This document shows positions 57,516 to 64,000 of a DNA stretch of 64,000 bases, piece by piece; position 1 is the first letter of the stretch; the number at the start of each line of letters is the position of its first letter. A program made the translations under genes and the position numbers. The stretch covers positions 34,472,001 to 34,536,000 of the forward strand of contig OZ024742.1 in assembly GCA_964016885.1 (NCBI GenBank). Direction: 5' to 3'. The notes below the pieces were generated by a model that was not told where the DNA came from, did not search any database, and saw nothing but the letters and a program-made list of their open reading frames with translations. The stretch is from Eledone cirrhosa (taxonomy: Eukaryota).

Positions 57516-60500
57516 ATGGATGTGTTAAGAGTAGGATGTTTGAATGCACGTGGCCTGGGCTCAACTTGGAAGCAAGCAAAGCTTCTAAATGACCTCAGGT
57601 CATGTAGTATAAATGTAATGGTTATCTGTGAGACTCGAATCAGCGTCGTGCGGCAGCTGGCCCCCACCTTCGATGACTTTGAGGTGCATGCATCTCTCTG
57701 TCAACCTGGAGGTGGGGGTGGGGTTGTCGTGCTGCTGCAAAAACACCTGGGTCTTGCCGTACAGGTTGTGCACTCGGACCCGGAGGGTCGTTTGTTGGTG
57801 CTAGACGTTGGCAGTAGTGAAAGTGCGGCCTTGAGACTGGTCGCCGTCTACTCCCCTTTCGGAGCTGAACGGCCCGACTTCTTCCAGCGTTTGGAGACTT
57901 TTCTGGGAACGTCGCGTTCCCTGCTTCTAGCGGGGGATTGGAATGACATCCTAGATGCACGTTGGGACTATGCAGGAGCATGTCCTAATAGAGGGGGGTG
58001 TAACAGCCTCAAGGGGTTACTCGACCGTTTTAACTTGGTCGATAGATATCGACTAGATTTTCCAACTGTGCCTACCTGGACTTGGAGAAACCACAGTGGT
58101 CAATCTAGATCGTACTTAGATAGATTCTTAGTTAGAAGTAAGGATAGGGACATATTAAGCTGTCCAGAAATGCGCACGGTTGGCTACACGGATCACAAAT
58201 TAGTGACCTGCGTGGTCAATCTCGAGAAAACACATAGACAGGGTCCCGGTTACTGGAAACTTAATTTGTCTTTACCGGCAAAAGAGACTTACAGAAACCG
58301 GATTAGCAGATTAGTTAAGGAGAGGTTGACGGGTGCAATCGTCAACAACCGATGGTGGGCATCTCTCAAAAGAGAGATTAGAACAGAATCAATAAGTTAT
58401 AGCAAGATGTTAGCTGCCAATAGGAATAGAAACGAGAAAGAATTAACAGGTAAATTAGAAGAGGCAATCAAGAGCGAAGATGTGGCCAGAGTGCTGGCAT
58501 CGAGGACGGCCTTGAACCAGTTTTTCGATGCAAAGCATGAAGGCTCTAGGTAATGAGGGGGCCAAAGCCGTTGGATGGGCCCGCGTGACAGAAGCTAAAA
58601 GTGGAAATCGATCCACCATCCGGTCGTTGCAAGACGAAGATGGACGAGTGATCCGGGAGCCTAAGCAGATGTGCGAGGCCTTTCAAAAGCACTTTGCCCG
58701 ATTGTTCGGGGGAGGCGAGGGTCCGGGCCGGGGCGTGGATTTCGGTCCATACCTCGACGGCCTGCCGCGTCTCTCGAACAAAGAGGCAGAGTCCTGCGAG
58801 GGACCAATCTCGGCTGATGAGATCGGAGATGCGCTGAGCCAATGCAGCAGACGCAAATCTCCAGGTCTCGATGGTATACCTTACGAACTTTATTTAGCAA
58901 TGCCGGTCTTCTTCTCCGAACTCCTCGAAGCGGTCTACTGCAATTGGCGGCAGAACGGGAGAATTCCTTGTTCTGTAGCCAAGGGCGTAGTCACGCTGGT
59001 GAGGAAGGACGAGAAAAAGGGGGATAGTATAAATAATTTTCGGCCCATAACCCTGCTAAACACAGAGTTAAAGATTTTGGCCAAGGTGTTAGCAAAGAGG
59101 TTGGCGCTTGTCGTGGGTGGCCTGGTGGGAGATGCGCAGACATGTGCTATCCCATCCAGGTCCATTCACGATAACCTCCACCTCATGCGATACATCATAG
59201 AGAGGGTTGGCAACAAACCCGGCTTCGGTGGGGCCCTGATCAACTTGGATCAGTCTAAGGCCTTCGATAGGGTCGACCATGGTTACCTGGATGCGGTGCT
59301 AGCGGCGGCTGGGTTCGGTCCTGTTTTCAGAGGCTGGATCACTGCCCTACATAGCAACCACATCTGTTCTAGGATCAAGGTGAACGGCTACCTTTCGAAG
59401 CCGTTCGAAATCACACGATCCATTCGACAGGGGTGCCCTCTCTCCTCCCTTCTGTACGTATTGACTCTCGAGCCTTTACTGAGGAAGTTGGAGTTGTTGC
59501 AGGGTATCCCCCTGGAACCAGGATTGAGCAAAGCGGTGTCGGCCTACGCCGATGACGTAACAGTAATGGTATCAACCGACTCGGAGATCGAGGCGATCGG
59601 TACCCTACTGGAGGAGTACGAAAGGTTGTCAGGAGCGAAACTGAACCGGGAAAAATCCATCGGGCTGCAACTCGGAACGTGGAGAGGCAAACCGATGCCT
59701 CCTGACGGTGTCGTCGGACACTGGACGGAAGGCCCGGTAAAGTTGCTTGGGGTCTGGTTTGGACCGGACCTCCAGGTGGAAAAGAACTGGAACGAGGTTA
59801 CGAACAAGGTGTTTGCACTAACCCAGAAATGGGCCAAGTGTAAGCTGTCCCTAAAAGGCCGGGCGGAGGTGGCGAACATTTACATAGCGTCCGTCACTTA
59901 CTACCGCCTGACTGTCGTGCCTTGCCCTAAGGAAACACTCACCACCATGGAACGCATGCTCTTCCAATTTCTTTGGAAGAAGCGTCCTCCTATGGTGAGA
60001 AGATCCATCTGCTGCCACCAACCTTCGAAAGGAGGACTGGGGATGCCGTGGTTGATGATGCGTAGGCACGCATTAAGGCTACGGCACCTACAGGTATTCC
60101 TCACTGGTCAACCGGTGTGGGCTCCGTTCGTGAAACGAGCCTTTCCGAGACTCGTCTCACTCACCGAGCTACAGTCCTGGGTCAAGCAAAGATCCGGAAA
60201 ACTGGGAGACTGGCACACTGAGTGTGCTCAGGCGCTCAGGGCTCTCTGGCAAGCGGGCCGGGCCATCGGTGGAGAATCCACCTCATCATTCTATAGAGGG
60301 CTGGTGGCTAGCAGGGGCGATGACACCCTTGGAGAGTCGCTGGACATGGAAGAAGACGAACTGGCCAGCCTGTTCGGTAGGACTTTCGGCCCAGGACCAA
60401 TGGACAACTTCCAGAAGTCACTGGCCTGGCAGTGCTACCGAGGGGTTCTACCCGTTCGAGAGAGGCTCTACAGACACGGGCGCCCGGGCAGGGATCCCTC

Positions 60501-60927
60501 AAAAAAGATTTGCCCTAGATGCGTGCGTCACGAAGAAACCGTGGCGCACGCATTGGTGCAATGTCCTGGCGTGGCTGATCTGTGGGGCTACGCCGAACAA
60601 ATGCTGTCGCGGGTAGCGCCGATTAAATTGACCGCCGAGTCCGTGATGACAATCAAACCGCCTCCCCTCTTCACAAAGGAAGCAAAGGCGGTTTTTCTGT
60701 GCGTAATAGCCATGTTGAAAGAGGTTGTTTGGTGGACACGATTGAAAGGTCTGAGGTCAGGCAACTTCCTCTCTGGCCATAGTCTGGTCTACTTCTTCCG
60801 ATATCACTTCGGAAGAAGGATAAGAATGGAGAGAGAGGTGCTTGGCCACAGGCAGTTTTATGAAAGGTGGGTGATAGTGGCGAGAATGGCTCGTGTAAAT
60901 GGGCCTTCTCTGTATACCATCCTGTAG
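57516..60927 (+). pseudogene. LINE ORF2 (APE-RT-CCHC), one frameshift from a 26-bp deletion near 58546
   Basis: LNARGL, ICET, GDWN, TDHK; LDQSKAFD, QGCPLS, YADD; CPRC..H..C. Confidence 0.93.
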
Positions 60928-61341
60928 GTAAAGAAGTAAAGGAGAGGGGAGCACCTTCTCCATGTGCTCCCCGGGCAAAGGATTGCACACTTTTTCGGGG
61001 GTGTGTGCAACCCCCATCACGTCCCCTCCCTTTTGAGGTTATTTTCGATTATTTTCATGTTACACCCTTTTTACTCGATTATATGTAAACTCCCCCTTTG
61101 TATTTGTCCCTTCTTTTTATGCCTTTATGGTAAATAAAGAAATCTATATATAGATAGAGATATAAACTCAACGTGTACTACGTTTGTGGCAGACGCTGTA
61201 TCTGTGCGTGTTCGCGTGCATCGCTGATCATGAGTCGTGAAATTCAAGTCTATTGACCAATTTAATATTGAGTCTGTCACAGTCTCTAACAACAAGCACT
61301 TCGTTAGACAAGTAACCATAGGGATATATATATATATATAT

Positions 61342-61423
<82 letters not shown>

Positions 61424-61483
61424 GGACACACACACATATATATATAAATATATACATATACACTACACAATGTGTATATATAC

Positions 61484-61552
<69 letters not shown>

Positions 61553-61573
61553 CATATATATATACAAATATAT

Positions 61574-61626
<53 letters not shown>

Positions 61627-61641
61627 ATATGTTATATATAC

Positions 61642-61673
<32 letters not shown>

Positions 61674-61813
61674 ATATATATTAAACACACGCATGCACGC
61701 ACACACACACTCACACACACACTCTCACACACACACACACGCACACACACGTGCACACACGCACACACACGTGCACACACGCACACACACACACACGTAC
61801 GCACACACACACT

Positions 61814-61873
<60 letters not shown>

Positions 61874-61982
61874 CACGTGTGTGTGCGTGTGTGCACGTGT
61901 GTGTGCGTGCGTGTGTGAGTCTGTGTGTGCGTGCATGCGTGTGTTTAATATATATATATACATATGTGTATATATAACATAT

Positions 61983-62049
<67 letters not shown>

Positions 62050-62070
62050 GTATATATATTTGTATATATA

Positions 62071-62126
<56 letters not shown>

Positions 62127-62943
62127 TTCATTTTCCAATAGTAAAGGAAAAAGAAAGACGATTTAGTTTGCTTTCAACCAGATCTCTTGGTAACGTTGAG
62201 ACGTTCTCTTAAATATTCATCTGCTGAAAGTAATATTCTATCTAAGTATATTTGTTAACAGCCGCCAACTAACGAAATGAAGGTTGTAGACGGTGGAAGA
62301 AATATAGAAACCTGAATCAATGTTTCATGCGGCCATATCATAAGAACACAACTGATACAATACCATACCACTACAACCATCAACAGTGTTACAAATAGTG
62401 AGGTACCACTATCACCACCACCAACGCCATCACCGGCACAACCAATATCACCACCTCCACCGCTACAGCCTTCATAAAAGCTGATGAGCTGTTATGATCT
62501 GAGATCAATATTAAACTTGCTCAAAGAAGTTTTCCAATAGTGTAATAGTGCATTGAATGTAACATGAATAAATGAAGAAGAGTTTTGTCCGAATTAGAGA
62601 AATATCACTATATGTATCAGAATATACATGTGTGTGTGAGGGTATGTGTGTGTGAGAGTGTGTGTGTGAGTGTACGTGTGTGAGTGAATTGGTGTGTAAA
62701 AGTGAATGGGTGTGTAAAAGTGAATGGGTGTGTAAAGTGAATGGGTGTGTACGTGGTCGAGCACTTGTGTGTGCGCGATTCTGTGTGCGCGCGCATTAAA
62801 CAGTAACACATGAATATATGAATATTGTTTAGAGCTGTCGAGATAAAATTATCCAAACACTCCTCCATGTATATATATATGTGTGAGTGTGTGTATATAT
62901 GTATGTCTATGTATATTCATACATATATGCATATATATGTAAA

Positions 62944-62999
<56 letters not shown>

Positions 63000-63275
63000 T
63001 ATATACATATATATACATAAATATATATATATAATTATATATATATATATATATAGTGACGAAACATAAGTCAATTGCATGAAATCATAATCCTTTATTT
63101 ACTGCTATATATAGTTCGATGATAGCCATTGAATGGCTATGACCTCATCAGATAGTTAGTCAGTTCTTAGATATACCAGCTCTGTGTTTATAGTGTTGAT
63201 GGTATCAGAGCTTTGGGATAGATATATATATATACATAAATATATATATATAATTATATATATATATATATATAT

Positions 63276-63461
63276 AACGAAGGAAATGTGGTAAGGAATC
63301 AGGTGGACCATAACGCACCAAAGTACTCAATACGTAAGGTAGTAGAGTGGGTAATAGGAACGAGTAGGACCCCGACAGCTGAGCTCAATGCGTTTCGACG
63401 GCTAATTCCCAGAATTAGCCGTCGAAACGGCTTGAGCTCAGCCGTCGGTGTCCTACTCGTT

Positions 63462-63463
<2 letters not shown>
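63276..63463. mobile_element. Family G fold-back mini-element in (TA)n
   Basis: Same architecture as 1204-1413. Confidence 0.75.
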
Positions 63464-63553
<90 letters not shown>

Positions 63554-63746
63554 TATTAAAATAACAGATTAAAGTTTAAGCAAAGAATCGCTGCTTTCAC
63601 CCTTAACGGGATCTTCTGAAACTAACAAAGTCAATCTGTAAACGCAGAAGTGGATATTTGCACCGTTTCCTCTCACCTCCTTTTTGCTATATGTCTCTCC
63701 ACCACTCCCCGACACACCCTTTGAACTCTCTTCCCACACACTTTTT

Positions 63747-63778
63747 ACCTGAAGAAGGGCTTATGCCCGAAACGTCGT
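63747..63778 (+). ncRNA. Minimal hammerhead motif of PLE-terminus type
   Basis: CTGAAGA-a-gggc(ttat)gccc-GAAACGTC; stem I only about 2 bp. Confidence 0.55.
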
Positions 63779-63864
63779 TCCCCACCACCACCCCACTCTC
63801 AAGAGCGTGAAATTAATAAACATTTGTTGTACTGCCTCTCTGTTTTGTTCCCGTTCAATTTTTC

Positions 63865-63973
<109 letters not shown>

Positions 63974-64000
63974 TGTTGAATATAAAGGAGGTACAAAGAG

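Larger units (their letters stand above)
55373..61143 (+). mobile_element. Full-length L1/Tx1-clade non-LTR retrotransposon, copy 2
   Basis: 19-bp TSD ctatatatagatagagata at 55354-55372 and 61144-61162; same termini as copy 1. Confidence 0.93.

Noticed and set aside
63101-63160. CTGATGA with a strong stem II on the minus strand
   Set aside because: GAAA is replaced by GAAC and no UH lies in register with stem I; at best a decayed hammerhead.

Overview
AT-rich eukaryotic intergenic/intronic DNA dominated by (TA)n, (CA)n, (GA)n and (AGT/AGC)n microsatellites. The tRNA-derived SINE set and microsatellite load suggest a cephalopod (octopus-like) genome; this is inferred, not checked against a database. 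No host gene is evident, and almost all listed ORFs are microsatellite artefacts. The real coding sequences are retrotransposons: two full-length, inactivated L1/Tx1-type LINE copies with clean target-site duplications (20.3-26.2 kb minus, 55.4-61.1 kb plus), two Penelope-like elements (PLEs; RT plus GIY-YIG) lying tail-to-tail (40.1-43.6 kb plus, 43.6-47.0 kb minus), and CR1- and RTE-type relics. The hidden layer is RNA: by hand I find about 15 canonical type I hammerhead ribozyme (HHR) motifs plus about 9 core variants, in short elements inserted into (TA)n. At least four of these are non-coding, circularly permuted or tandem units of about 320, 400, 467 and 510 bp with one HHR each (retrozyme-like). 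Three of the four share a conserved promoter-like cassette with fixed spacing upstream of the ribozyme. Many insertions are fold-backs with one long arm and one short arm that ends at a family-specific TA downstream of the HHR cleavage site.
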